64,000 nt of DNA. It comes from Octopus sinensis (taxonomy: Eukaryota). The translations under genes and the position numbers were made by a program. Position 1 is the stretch's first letter; each line of letters opens with the position of its first letter. A model generated the notes under the pieces. It was given only the letters and a program-made list of their open reading frames with translations, made no database searches and was not told the DNA's origin. The stretch lies in assembly GCF_006345805.1 (NCBI RefSeq), contig NC_042998.1, positions 146,816,001 through 146,880,000 on the forward strand. The letters run 5' to 3'. Below, piece after piece: positions 52,552-64,000 of this stretch.

Positions 52552-53109
52552 GTAAGTTGTTGAATTAATGATTCCTTGCTTTTAATTCTGGATTGATGTA
52601 TATCAAGTTTTTTTTTCCAAAGATATGACCATGTGGTTGAAAAATTTGCTTCCCTGCCACATGGTTTCAAGTTGTGTCTCACTGTATAGCACCTTGGACA
52701 AGTATCTTCTACTCTAGTCCTGGGCCTTGTGAGTGAGTGGATTGTCAAATAGAAACATTTTAATAGCCACATATGTCATTGATGAGCAGTAATTATATTT
52801 CCATAATTTTATTTTCAAATTATTTTTTAAGCTAGTAATTCTGTCAAAATACAATGTCAGATCTAGAAAAAGCAACTAAACACTATGATTGAAAGTTTTA
52901 CTTTCTCATCTTAGTTTTAAAATAATTATTTTTATTTTATTGATTCTATGTACAAGTGTGGCTGTGTGATAAGAAGCTTGCTCCCCAACCACATGATTCT
53001 GGGTTCAATCCCACTGCCTGGCACCTTGGGCAAGTGTCTTCTAGTATAGTCTCAGGCTAACCAAAGTCTTGTGAGTGGATTTGGTTGGTGGAAACTGAAA
53101 AAAAGCCTG

Positions 53110-53144
<35 letters not shown>

Positions 53145-53819
53145 CGCCTGACTGGCGCTCATGCCAGTGGCGCGTAAAAGCACCCACTACACTCTCGGAG
53201 TGGTTGGCATTAGGAAGGGCATCCAGCTGTAGAAACTCTGCCAGATCAGATTGGAGCCTGGTGCAGCCATCTGGTTCACCAGTCCTCAGTCAAATCGTCC
53301 AACCCATGCTAGCATGGAAAGCAGACATTAGACGATGATGATGATGATGATATATATATATACACACACACATACATGTATATCTATGTGTGTGTGTTTT
53401 TGTGCCTGTGTTTCCCACCACCCCCACCCCACCACTTGACAACCAGTGTTGGTCTGTTTACATCCCTGTAACTTAGCAATTTGTTAAAAGAGAATAAGTA
53501 CCAAGCTTTAAAAAAATGGAAGTTCTGGGGTTGGTTTGTATGACTAAAATCTCTTCAAGGCGTTGCTCCAGCATTACTACAGTCTAATGACTGAAACAAG
53601 TAAAAGACAAAAAGAAAAAGATAAGCTTTAAAGTAAATTAAAATCAGGTCCTTTTATAAACATTGATCCAAAATGGAAATAAATGTATACCCCTGAGACT
53701 TCAGCCGGGTATCTGTCATAATCCAGATGACTGTGCTAACCTTTATACCAATGTGATCAGATACATTCCTTCTATTCAAATTAGGCCCATAAAGTATTAA
53801 ATTAGTTTAACTTATACAG

Positions 53820-54110
53820 TATCCTTTGAATTTTTATCAATTTAGTTTTGACTTTCCCCTGTCCTCAACTCACTTTCATCAAAACAAATGATTCTCCTTG
53901 AACTCACTATGTCATACAAAAGCAGAATGGTGAATTTGGCTTCCTTGCCATAAAGGTGGTTGCAAAGAGGTTTGTGAGCAAATATGTTCAGGATCACATG
54001 AAATGGCTTTCAACTTTTGGAAAAAAGAGGATCAGAGTTTTAAGGCAATGGCAGATGCAGCTGAGAAAAGTTCCAGTTGGATCTGGCTAGAAGGCTAAAT
54101 TTTTTCTACA
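53820..54110 (+). pseudogene. HERO/R2-like (RLE endonuclease) LINE 3' relic
   Basis: SSKQMILLELT, AIKVVAKRFVS, DAAEKSSSWIWL resemble the RLE motifs ILLELTVP, PIEVGCRGFV and AAEKASRWLW. Confidence 0.5.
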
Positions 54111-54486
54111 GTCAACTGATGTCTCAAACTGAAGTGGTCTCAGGACTCCTTAACCATCCATGAAGGCATTGGTTGCAATAAAAACAGTTGCACAGAATGT
54201 GGCTGCAGAGGTGCATCCAAGAATCATGACCTAGGTGTGGCTTTCCTATTACTCAAGAGTGTAAGGTGTTACGGGTTGAAACGTATAAAAAAAGGGATGC
54301 CTCTTATGGGAAAACCTTTTGCTGCTTAGTTTCTTATCTTATACGCTTGAATTGTGCTGATTTGTAAATGTTAAATATTCAATGTGTTTACAAGTATTTG
54401 TATTTCTTTCTTATATTTTGTTGCCAACTTCCACTACTTTTACTTTATTTCTGAAAATACTGACTGGTCTTTATGTTTCATCATAG

Positions 54487-54670
54487 CTTGGAGTTCGACG
54501 CCAAGTGTTTCTGCCCATGATTACACCTCAGTCACCTGGTTTTACTGCTGTCATTTTGACCTATGATCGTCTTGATTCACTGTTTAATGTAATTCAGCAA
54601 GTGGCTCGTGTTCCAAGTTTGGCAAAAGTATTTGTTGTATGGAATAACCAAAATAAAGAACCTCCTCAGA
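54487..54670 (+). CDS. EXT2: Exostosin-2 coding exon (start of GT64 domain)
   Basis: catag|CTT...A|gtatgt. [61 protein letters not shown]. Confidence 0.94.
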
Positions 54671-54869
54671 GTATGTATCATAATTTAATTTTAAAATTCT
54701 TGAGTTGTTTCAGGAAGAATAAGGTTTATGAGAGGAAAACACTTTCACTAGTCAGAAATAAATACTGTGTCTATAGGTTGCATTTGTGGTTTATATTTGT
54801 TTATATTTTGAATTTGAAAGGTTTTTAGTTATTCTCCATTAATGCAAATTATTTTACATTTTGATGTAG

Positions 54870-54933
54870 GTTGGCCCAAAATAGGTAAACCATTAAAAGT
54901 TGTGAAGACACGTGAAAATAAATTAGGAAACAG
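54870..54933 (+). CDS. EXT2: Exostosin-2 short coding exon (64 nt)
   Basis: gatgtag|GT...AG|gtaagg. (S)WPKIGKPLKVVKTRENKLGN(R) matches EXT2 [21 protein letters not shown]. Confidence 0.9.
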
Positions 54934-55859
54934 GTAAGGGACATATATATATTTTTTACCCTCTCTGTTTTAAACTACACTTTAAATAGTGTCTCTGTTT
55001 GGTTCTAATATTTGTCACTTTTCATATCCAGCCAAGTTGATTTTGTTTTATTAAAGGTGTTCACAATTTTTGACAAGTAACAGCTTCTTGAGTAAGTGTT
55101 TTCTGCTATAGTCTAGACTGACCAAAGCCTTCTGAATGAATTTGGTGGATGGAAACTGAATGAAACCCATCTTGTGTATATGTATGTGTATGCATGTGTG
55201 TATCTATATATGAGTATGTGTGTGTATTTACATTTGGGCTCTGTGAAAGTCACTTTTCCTGTTAACAGTCCACTCTGCACTTTCATGTAAGATTAAAATC
55301 TCCTACTTGAAAACCAGTTAAAGGTTACAAGAAGGGCATTCATATGTAAAACAGTACCTCAATGATATTTTTGTCTAACTCATGTTAGCATGGAAAGATA
55401 GATATAAAATGAACGAAGGAATTCTTTTATTCTTTACTTGTTTCAGTCATTTGACTCTGGCCATGTTGGAGTACCACCTTGAAGGTTTTATTAAAAAAAA
55501 TTGACCCCAGAACTTATTTTTTAAACCAAGTACTTATTCTATTGGTCTCTTTAGCTGAACTGCTAAGTTACAGGATGTAAACACACTACAATCTGTTGCC
55601 AAATGATGATGGGGGGGGGGGGGGCAAACACAGACACAAAGACATACACACATAGATACATACACGCACACATATATACGATGGGCTTCTTTCAGTTTCC
55701 ATCTACCAAATCTAATTACAAGGCTTTGGTTGGCCCAAGACTAAAGTAGAAGACATGCAGTGGGACTGTACCCAGAAGCATGTGGTCGGGAAGCAAGCTT
55801 CATATCACACACATTTCATGATGTTGTTTTGAGTTTATAACCCTAACAGAGGTAGACCA

Positions 55860-56200
55860 TCTAGGGCAGTGCTGCTGTTGTTGCACATGCAAGTAGCTTA
55901 AACCACATCCAAAATAGAGCCATCCAGTTGCTTGGCATAAAGTCACTAATGGACATACTCAAGCTTTTGGCCCACAGGTTTCCTGTCTTCTCTAATAACT
56001 TCTGCTTCTTGGAGAAATTGCACTCATGCCACCTCCACTTAGGCATTTATGACGCTTTTATCTCTCCTCCCTTAATCACCCTTATGTTCAGTCCTCCCTC
56101 CCTCCCATCCACTGGGCTTTGCACTCATGGCTATACCAAGTCCTTCCTTCCCAGAATGTTGGCCCTCTGAAATTCTCTTCATATCTTTCCTTCAGGTGTT
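55860..56200 (-). pseudogene. Possible HERO-like LINE relic
   Basis: GQHSGKEGLG...GWEG resembles the GRxGLG...WEG region; heavily decayed. Confidence 0.3.
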
Positions 56201-57425
56201 GACTTGGAAAAATTCAAGAAGACCATTAATAAATAGCATCAGTCTCAAATGGCTGCAAAGACTTCTCCTTCTTCCATGACCAGCAAGTACTCATGGACAC
56301 TGTCAGATCCATAGGTACTGCCCCTTTCTTTTAGATCCACCAATTCCACTATCACATCTACCACACCAGTATCACATCTACAGGTTTTAAGCCAGTTTGT
56401 AAGTGCTATTATGAGTTGTACAGACCATTAATATGACATCTCCCCCTTTATCTTAATTCTCTGTTATTTCTTTTGTATGGCCTAAAGCTCTATATTCTTG
56501 TCTAACTTACCTCGTTATCTCCCCAAATCCTTTCAATCTGTCATTTTCATGAATACCACTAGATATGAGTTCAACACAGTCCTCCAGCTTATTGGATTCT
56601 GTCAAACCATCCAACCCCTGCCAACATGGATTGTAATCAGCTGTAGAAATCATGTCAAAGCAGACATTGGCTTTGGACGCAATCCTGCAGCTTGTCAGAT
56701 GCTGTTGAATAATCCTACTTATACCAACATGGAAGACATACATAAAATAATAATAATAATTTTTTTTTCCACCTGTAGTTTACAACACACTTTTGCCTGG
56801 CATGCAGTCTTCCTTTTGTATCAAATGTTGAAACAGTAGTATCCCCTACATTCATATGCTAACCAATACTTTAGATGTCCAGTTATTTTCTTAAGTTACC
56901 TAAAATGAAACTCTCTCTTAATGTTACTCATTCACCTGTTTAACCTCACTCCTCTCCAGATGACTAATTTTATTTAATTTTGATAGTCAAAGTAGACAGA
57001 CAGTGCAATACCTAAGAAGATAGAGTTTTGATATTTCATTAAAAATTCATAGATTTTTATTCTTCGACATGTATTTCAGTATACTTCATGCTTACCAAAA
57101 CATGAACACCAATTCACCCAAGAGTGGAATAAACAAAAACGAAGGAAACAGAATCTCTGCAATGTTGCACTAAATGAAAATTGACAAATAGTCTGAAGGG
57201 TTGCGTAACACAGAGACTCTTGGGTTTGAAAGTGAAGCTAAAATATTGCAGTTTTCTTCAGCTGGCTATCATCATCAACTTTTGTTCCAATCTCATTTCT
57301 TCCAGGACTCAATCATTCATTTTTAGGTGGCAGTAATTGATGTATACACCCTCTTTTTTCATTCAAAACAATTCTTTTGCGGATATTGTAATAGATTAGA
57401 CATTTCTTATTTTTCTTTATTACAG

Positions 57426-57522
57426 GTTTTTCCCTTACAGTGAAATTAAAACAGATTGCATTTTGGCATTAGATGATGATATCATAATGTTGACAGCTGA
57501 TGAATTAGAATTTGGTTATCAG
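57426..57522 (+). CDS. EXT2: Exostosin-2 coding exon carrying the DxD motif
   Basis: ttacag|G...CAG|gtaagt. [32 protein letters not shown]. Confidence 0.96.
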
Positions 57523-57744
57523 GTAAGTCAGTGTTTGTTTACAGCAGAAACAGAAATTAATTTGGAATCTTTGAGTTTTAAATAATAATCACTGTCAAGT
57601 CTCCTGGGTCTATTTCTTTGCTCTTTTACTCTCTCTCTCTCTCTCTCCCCCCCCCCTTTCTCCCGCCCCTCTCTCTCTCTTTATATATATATGTATATAT
57701 ATATATATATATCATATTATATCATATATTGTTTTCTTTCACAG

Positions 57745-57888
57745 GTTTGGCGAGAATTCTCAGATCGATTGGTGGGTTTCCCATCTCGAGTACATTTACT
57801 TGATAATGTCACTCAAAAGTGGAAATATGAATCAGAATGGACCAATTCCATATCTATGGTGCTTACTGGAGCAGCATTTTATCACAAA
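57745..57888 (+). CDS. EXT2: Exostosin-2 coding exon (144 nt)
   Basis: tcacag|GTT...AAA|gtaagt. [48 protein letters not shown]. Confidence 0.97.
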
Positions 57889-58449
57889 GTAAGTTAATGA
57901 TTATTTCCAAAATATTTTGTCTTGGCTGAGCTTGTGAATGAGAAAAGGCTCATCTTTGATTGAGCAGATTTATGATTAAAGTTCATCTAGAAATTATATA
58001 GAAATTATTTCAGTGTCTTATATTTTTCATTTCAGACCTTGGATTACATTTACATTTCATATTCTGTAGATTGACAAGGTGTACCTAAGTACCAGTAGTC
58101 TATTGAAGAGAAGGCATAGGGACAAGTTCTCTACAAACTATGCCTGTGTTTGTTTTGATTTCTAACAACCTTTTTTGCTTACAACAGATGGTTAAGTGAG
58201 AGGATTGCTTTTCTTTGCAATGAGATACATTAACTCTTTAGCTTTTGAACTGGTCATATCCAGCCTAAATATGTTACCTGTTTTACATTAAAACTAGCCA
58301 GACCTGGCCTCTCACACCTAGCCTACAATGTTCTAAATATAAAAAATCACATCATCAAAAGCTGTGTGATAATAAAAGATTAATTCAGAACATTGTGAAT
58401 AAATAAGCATTATATTTGACAGAGTAATTGAAATGCTAAAGGGTTAAAG

Positions 58450-58780
58450 CAGAAATGTTAGGGTATATTCCTGTAGAGAGACCATCATCCCTCACCACAC
58501 ACAGTAGTCTCATGTACATTCCACCAGGATTCTGCCACCCAGTTCTTAATGTCGTCACTCCATCTTTATTTTTTGTTGCTTGTGAGCCCATTTTCCATCC
58601 ATCCCCAGCCCTTAAGAATGTGGGCACAGAGGGTCTGAGTCCTGATAATGTGGTTGAAATAAAGCAGTTTTTGCTGTCCTACCATTGTCACCAGTTTTTC
58701 TTCCACTCCCATCTCCTCCAGGACATTGGATAATGTAGTCCTAGATATGCTGTTTGAGACAAAAAGATGCAATGGTCATG
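58450..58780 (-). pseudogene. RTE-type LINE ORF2 C-terminal relic
   Basis: ISRTTLSNVLEEMG..KL..MVGQQKLLYFNHIIR...LCAHILKG. Confidence 0.6.
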
Positions 58781-59103
58781 ACTGGAATGTCTTTGATGAT
58801 ATGTGCTTTCAGTCAGAGCTGACTTAGGACTAAACAATAACATGTGTTTTATGGGAGCCTGTTTAAGATCTTTAGTTTTGTACTAGGGCTGGTGTCCTCC
58901 TCCAAGTATCCTGTATACTGTATAAAGTGGGTGAGATTAGGAAAGGTATCCAACCATAGAAACCAAGTCTAAACAGAGATATTGGAGCATGAAATGGCCC
59001 CCTGAGTTGTTAAATCTTGTCAAATTGCCCAACCCATGCTGGCACAGGAAGCTGATATAAAATGATAAGGATGATGAAAGTTAAAATAGCATCATTGTTA
59101 CAC

Positions 59104-59188
59104 GGGCATATGGCGTAGTGGTTAAGAGCACAGGTTACTAACCTTAAGATTCCGAGTTTGATTCCAAGCAGTGACCTGAACAATAATG

Positions 59189-59221
<33 letters not shown>

Positions 59222-59380
59222 TTGAAAAATACCTTAGGAATGAGAACCCAGGTTTGAAATTTCTTCAAGACACCTGAAGATGGCTGGAGGGTATATCAGC
59301 CAAAACGTTTTAACAACAAACAAGATGAGGACAAAATCCATCGAATGTAAATAATTCCTCATCTCTTAAATATAGAATTG
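59104..59380 (+). mobile_element. tRNA-headed SINE with (AAT)n linker and hammerhead-relic tail
   Basis: A box TGGCGTAGTGG (59111), B-box-like GAGTTTGATTCC (59154), (AAT)n, then GACAC-CTGAAGA-T-GGCTG..CAGCC-AAAA-CGTT and a 3' hairpin AAGATGAGG/CCTCATCT. Confidence 0.6.
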
Positions 59381-59819
59381 TAGCATCATTGTTTTTTTTA
59401 CTATTTCATTACACCATATGTGTTTACGTGTATGGCTGTGTGGTTAAGAGGCTTAATTTACCAACCATGTGTTTCAGATTCAATCCCACTAAATAACACC
59501 TTGCGTTAGTGTCTTCAGCTACAGCTCCAGACCAACCAAAGCTTTTGGAGTACATGTAGTAGATGGAAATTGAAAGGAGCCCTTGTATCCTTGTCTTGAC
59601 ATCATTTGAGGGTTGTAAACAAGCATCCCTGTCAGAAAAGTGTTGTTGTTTGTTTTCAATCTTCTCTGAAAAACATATCTCTCCATGGGGAAATATTACC
59701 TTGTTTGGAAACAGGTGAGGGTTGGTGACAGTAATGGCATCAAGCTGTAGAAAATATGCTTTGACAAATGCCATCTGATCTATACAAGCATGGAAAAGTA
59801 GATGTTAAAATGATAATGG

Positions 59820-59846
59820 TTATAATGATGATATATATATTTTTTT

Positions 59847-59894
<48 letters not shown>

Positions 59895-60045
59895 CATACA
59901 TATATATATACATACATATATATATATATATAATATATATATATATATACATATATACACACATATATACATATATATGTGTGTGTGTGTATATATATAT
60001 ATGTGTGTGTATGTATGTGTGTGTATATATATATATGTGTGCGTG
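59820..60045. repeat. Compound (TA)n/(CA)n/(TG)n microsatellite (similar blocks about 11060, 13130, 16620, 32570)
   Basis: Direct reading. Confidence 0.97.
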
Positions 60046-60273
60046 TCAGTGGCACATAAAAAGCACCCACTACACTCTAGGTATGGTTGGTATTAGAAAG
60101 GGCATTCAGCTGTAGAAATCATGCCAAATCAGATTTGGACCTGGTGCAACTCCCCAGCTTACCAGTTTTCAGTCAAACTGTCCAACCTGTGCCAGCATTG
60201 AAAATGGACTTTAAATGATAATGATATATTGTTTATTGCAATAATGAAATATATTTATTTTTCTTCTTTTCAG

Positions 60274-60624
60274 TTTTACAACTTCCTCTATACTTATTCA
60301 ATGCCAGGCAACATCAAAACCTGGGTCGATGAACACATGAACTGTGAAGATATTGCATTTAATTTCTTGATTACAAACACCACAGGTAAAGCACCAATAA
60401 AGGTCACACCACGCAAAAAGTTCAAGTGTCCAAAATGTCTTAACAACAGTTTTCTGTCTTTAGATTTAAATCACATGGTTGAACGTACAGAATGCATCAA
60501 CAGGTTTGTAGATATATATGGCACTGTTGCTCTCCGAACTGTGGAATTCCGGGCAGATCCAGTGCTTTATAAAGATAACTTCCCTCCTATGCTGAAGAAA
60601 TTTAATGATATTGGAAGTTTATGA
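60274..60624 (+). CDS. EXT2: Exostosin-2 terminal coding exon (to TGA)
   Basis: tttcag|[35 protein letters not shown]...[12 protein letters not shown]...[24 protein letters not shown]; the C-terminus ...IGSL is as in EXT2. Confidence 0.97.
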   Translation, partial: FYNFLYTYSMPGNIKTWVDEHMNCEDIAFNFLITNTTGKAPIKVTPRKKFKCPKCLNNSFLSLDLNHMVERTECINRFVDIYGTVALRTVEFRADPVLYKDNFPPMLKKFNDIGSL

Positions 60625-61384
60625 TAAAAAAAACCCATATGTAAATATCATTATTTTTCTTCCACTGTAAATTTTATATTTTTTTTCATTAACATGATGT
60701 TATCAGTGATAACACAAATGGATCTGTATAGAAACATACCTACAAAACCTGGTTATTTGTAAAAAAGTCGACTTAAACATATATTGCCTGAATATAAGGT
60801 GAGGCCTGTTTATTCTTATGCATTATTTCTGAAAATTTGTTTGATTTTTTTTTTTAATATTTGAAATTTTGCAAAGTTTTAAATATTAAAAGAAAAAGGA
60901 AATATTACAATGTAATAATTACAAGAATATAGAAAGAAGAAAGTGAAAGGACTTGTGAGGTTTAAGCATTGACCACTTCCAAACCTTATTCTTTCTATTG
61001 TGTTCTTGGGCAAGACACACAGCTCTACTTGTTGCCTCAGACTACCTGACTGATAAGTGTTTTATTCTTACAGCTTGATTCTTGAGCTGTAAAAATAATT
61101 GATTCTACCTTACACAAACCTTTAATCCATGATCGCATGGAAAAATGGGAGAAAAAAATTCAGTTAACTTTTATATACTTGTAGTTTAAATATATATGTG
61201 TGTATTTATATATGTATGTATGTATATATATACACACTACTGGCATTATGTGAAACTAAGGTGCTGTATTGGATACCTGTGTATTCTGTTGAATGTTCAG
61301 CAGTTTTAGGCAAAGTCTGAAATGAACTTATTTGATTCTGACCATATACACTTTACCAAGCTATTTTGATATAACATCTGGTTA

Positions 61385-62280
61385 TTTTGTAGAAGGTGTA
61401 GCATTTTTTATGCTAATTGTAGTATGACAGACAGCAGGGACTGGACATTTTATTGATAAATTGAAATTATCACAGTAATATCTATTATTAATAATTAGTA
61501 TAATAGTAAATTGTATATTATAGTGACAGCTATTATAATTGTCTAATATATTGTGATATCTATTATATTGTAATATAATAGACAAGAGAGATGAGGGTGT
61601 TGTATTAGTGCTCTTATACTGAATCCTAAACAAATTATAATAATATATATGTATATACAACAATATTAGTATATATATAATTTGCCTATATCTGATTGAA
61701 AAGGGCATATAAGTCTAAATAAGGGACTAGTAGTAAAGTTGGGCTTATGATCCTTCACATTTGTACTAGGAGTTTTAAAAACGTAGTGTTCTGTTCTATC
61801 ATCCAGATGAAATCCTTCAACTATTTTCTTTGTTTGTAAGTTAATACTCAATAGGATATTTTCAGAAGTTAATTTATAATTTTTAAGAATTTATTTCCTA
61901 ATCAGAGAAGAATAGGGTTTGTAATCCCACTGGTATATATTACCAGTTTTATCTGTGTGCAGCTCCTTAACTGATAAGTGAAACTTTATATCCTGATTAT
62001 ATTCTATTGTTCATCTTCAAAGCTAGTTATAGGTTACATGGTAGAGTTCTGCCAAGATTTAAATATATACTTTAATCCATCATCATTATTGACTAGATCA
62101 GTGTTCTTCCTATCAAAGTGACTCATTTGCCATCTCATATGGTGTATAAAAGTGTTAGTTTTATCTATCAGATTTTTCATTTATTCTTTTTTGGGTGGTA
62201 GTGATGTCTTTTAAAGGTGTTTAATAAATAGTTTCTCCATTACAAGGTATTCCACTGTAAGTGCTTAGAGTTATTCAAGT
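61385..62280 (-). pseudogene. Penelope-like element ORF relic (N-terminal/RT region plus probable Cys-rich linker)
   Basis: LIDKTNTFIHHMRWQ...YIFKS, DKTGNIY...YK, KDHKPNF..FRLICPFQSDIGK. After a (TA)n break, a weak match to the C-x-C...CP..C linker. In-frame stops. Confidence 0.7.
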
Positions 62281-63508
62281 AATAATGTAAAGAAATAGGG
62301 ATTTTAAATCAGGGAAGGTATCTTGTGAGCACACTAATACAATCCAGATCTGGTTAACCACATCAAATGATAGGGAACATTCAGAATCGTTCAAGATCAG
62401 CAATTAAACTGTACTTCATTTGATTGCTAAATCCCGAGTTCACTTCACTGGATTCTATGTCACATAGAGAGTATATAATCAAGACATGATAAGGTAAAAT
62501 AGAGAATTATACATCTTCAAAATTTATTTATTAACTTTCTTCATATTCCATTCTAACATGTGTTTCTACTGTATAGGTGTCTAATGCAGCCTTTGGAGCT
62601 CAAATAGCCACAAATATATTTGCAAATTTTTCACTGTATTAGATAGACACTTTCCACCATCCAGCAAATACAGTGGCATATTCAATAAACACATGATCAG
62701 GTTTACTTTTTTGACAACCAGAAATCTTGTCCAAATTATTGCAGTCTACAATTTTAAGAGAATTAGAGAGTTCACATTAGTGAACTCAATAAACGCAAAT
62801 AATCACACAAATATAAATAATAATAATAATATGACTGGTAATAGTAGCTATCTAGTTGGGGTGGGGCATGATATGAAGGGAGGTTGTCAACAACTGTATG
62901 GCTAGCATAGTGGAAACAGTAATGAATTTACTGAAGTTAATGTAAGGGAGGTAACTGAGCTCAATTTACATTCCCATTAGTTAAATAAACTGAGCATGGA
63001 ATACAATAGCATACCTAATTTAATCTTTTGTGAAACTAATATCCAGAAAGTAATAGCTAACACTCTAAGCAGAATGTATAATACTTCTGATAGTAACAGG
63101 CATAAGGTTTATGACAATAGGCATAATTGTAACTGCTTGCAGGAAAATGTCTCAAAACGTCTGCTTGCAGAAAATATCTCAAAGATAATATAGTATATAA
63201 ACGACTGAAGGTATTTCTAATTATTACATAGATTCATGTTCTACTGACTTTAAAAGAAGATTATGTGATCATCTTTCTTCTTTCAAAAACAGAGAAAAAA
63301 AATGAACTGTACAAGTTAGAGTGGATTCATTTGAACTTTAAAAGATAGGGACACCAAATAATTAACCATTAAATGTTTTCTTCATGGTAGTACATCACCA
63401 TATACTGATGGGAGTCAGAAATATGATCTCTGCTTGGAAGAAATATTCTATGTTCTTACATCAAAATGCAAGTTATTAAACTCCAGAAACGAATTAGTGA
63501 TAAAATGT

Positions 63509-63895
63509 GGCGCCGGAGTGGCTGTGTGGTAGGTAGCTTGCTAGCCAACCACATAGTTCCGGGTTCAGTCCTACTGCATGGCACCTTGGGCAAGTGTTTT
63601 CTATAGCCTCGGGCTGACCAAAACCTTGTGAGTGGATTTGGTAGATGGAAACTGAAAGAAGCCTGTCGTATATATGTGTGTGTGTGTTTGTGTGTCCATG
63701 TTTGTCCCCCTACCATCACTTGACAACTGATGCTGGTGTGTTTACAGCCCCGTAACTTAGCAGTTTGGCAAAAGAGACAGATAGTATAAGTACTAGGCAT
63801 ACAAAGAATAAGTCATGAGGTCGATTTGCTCGACTAAAGGCGGAGCTCCAGTATGGCCACAGTCAAATGACTGAAACAAGTAAAAGAATAAAAGA
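63509..63895 (+). mobile_element. SINE family C, full-length
   Basis: Co-linear with 38463-38866. Confidence 0.9.
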
Positions 63896-64000
63896 ACAAT
63901 CATATAGAAAAGTTTTTAAATATTTTCCAAATAAGTAATTTTAATTTGAACTCAGATAGAAGGGCATGTAGGATAACCTCAATAAATACTGTTTGCTTTT

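Noticed and set aside
54864-54869. Alternative acceptor 6 nt upstream that would give PPQNVGWPKI, matching human length
   Set aside because: It would need a TG acceptor; the canonical AG at 54868-54869 is used. Only a one-base assembly error would rescue it; check reads.
60885-62228. EXT2 polyadenylation signals (ATTAAA 60885, AATAAA 62223)
   Set aside because: Such hexamers are frequent in AT-rich DNA; 3'-end sequencing is needed.
62996-63193. ORF with HNCNC resembling the PLE Cys-rich linker
   Set aside because: Similarity is too weak, and it is opposite in orientation to the RT relic.
1-64000. Most supplied ORFs (YIYI, CVCV, HTHT, LLLL, IIII runs)
   Set aside because: Translations of microsatellites and SINEs, with no domain signal or splice support.

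Overview
AT-rich, microsatellite-dense eukaryotic genomic DNA. The repeat families suggest an octopus genome (inference from recalled repeats, not a database result). One host gene is present: the 3' nine coding exons of exostosin-2 (EXT2) on the + strand, 9817-60624. All splice sites are GT-AG and the frame is continuous to the stop (1603 nt CDS in window). The first coding exon was not found and probably lies upstream. The introns, one of 35.4 kb, are packed with mobile DNA: three tRNA-headed SINE families, many RTE 3' tails, a 5'-truncated RTE LINE, an endonuclease-deleted Tx1/L1-like LINE, a full-length dead mariner, an internally deleted AcademX (XPG-nuclease) transposon, piggyBac- and Tc1-type MITEs, HERO-like fragments and a Penelope-like ORF relic. 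The most notable signal is a set of hammerhead-ribozyme (HHR) motifs folded by eye. Two have a complete catalytic core (12589-12676 minus; 15658-15731 plus, sense to EXT2). Each lies in a long fold-back element whose two ribozyme copies point outward. There are also minimal or degenerate HHRs, one in the tail of a tRNA-derived SINE. A young higher-order tandem repeat (5445-7799) is unclassified. Most ORFs in the supplied track are microsatellite artefacts.
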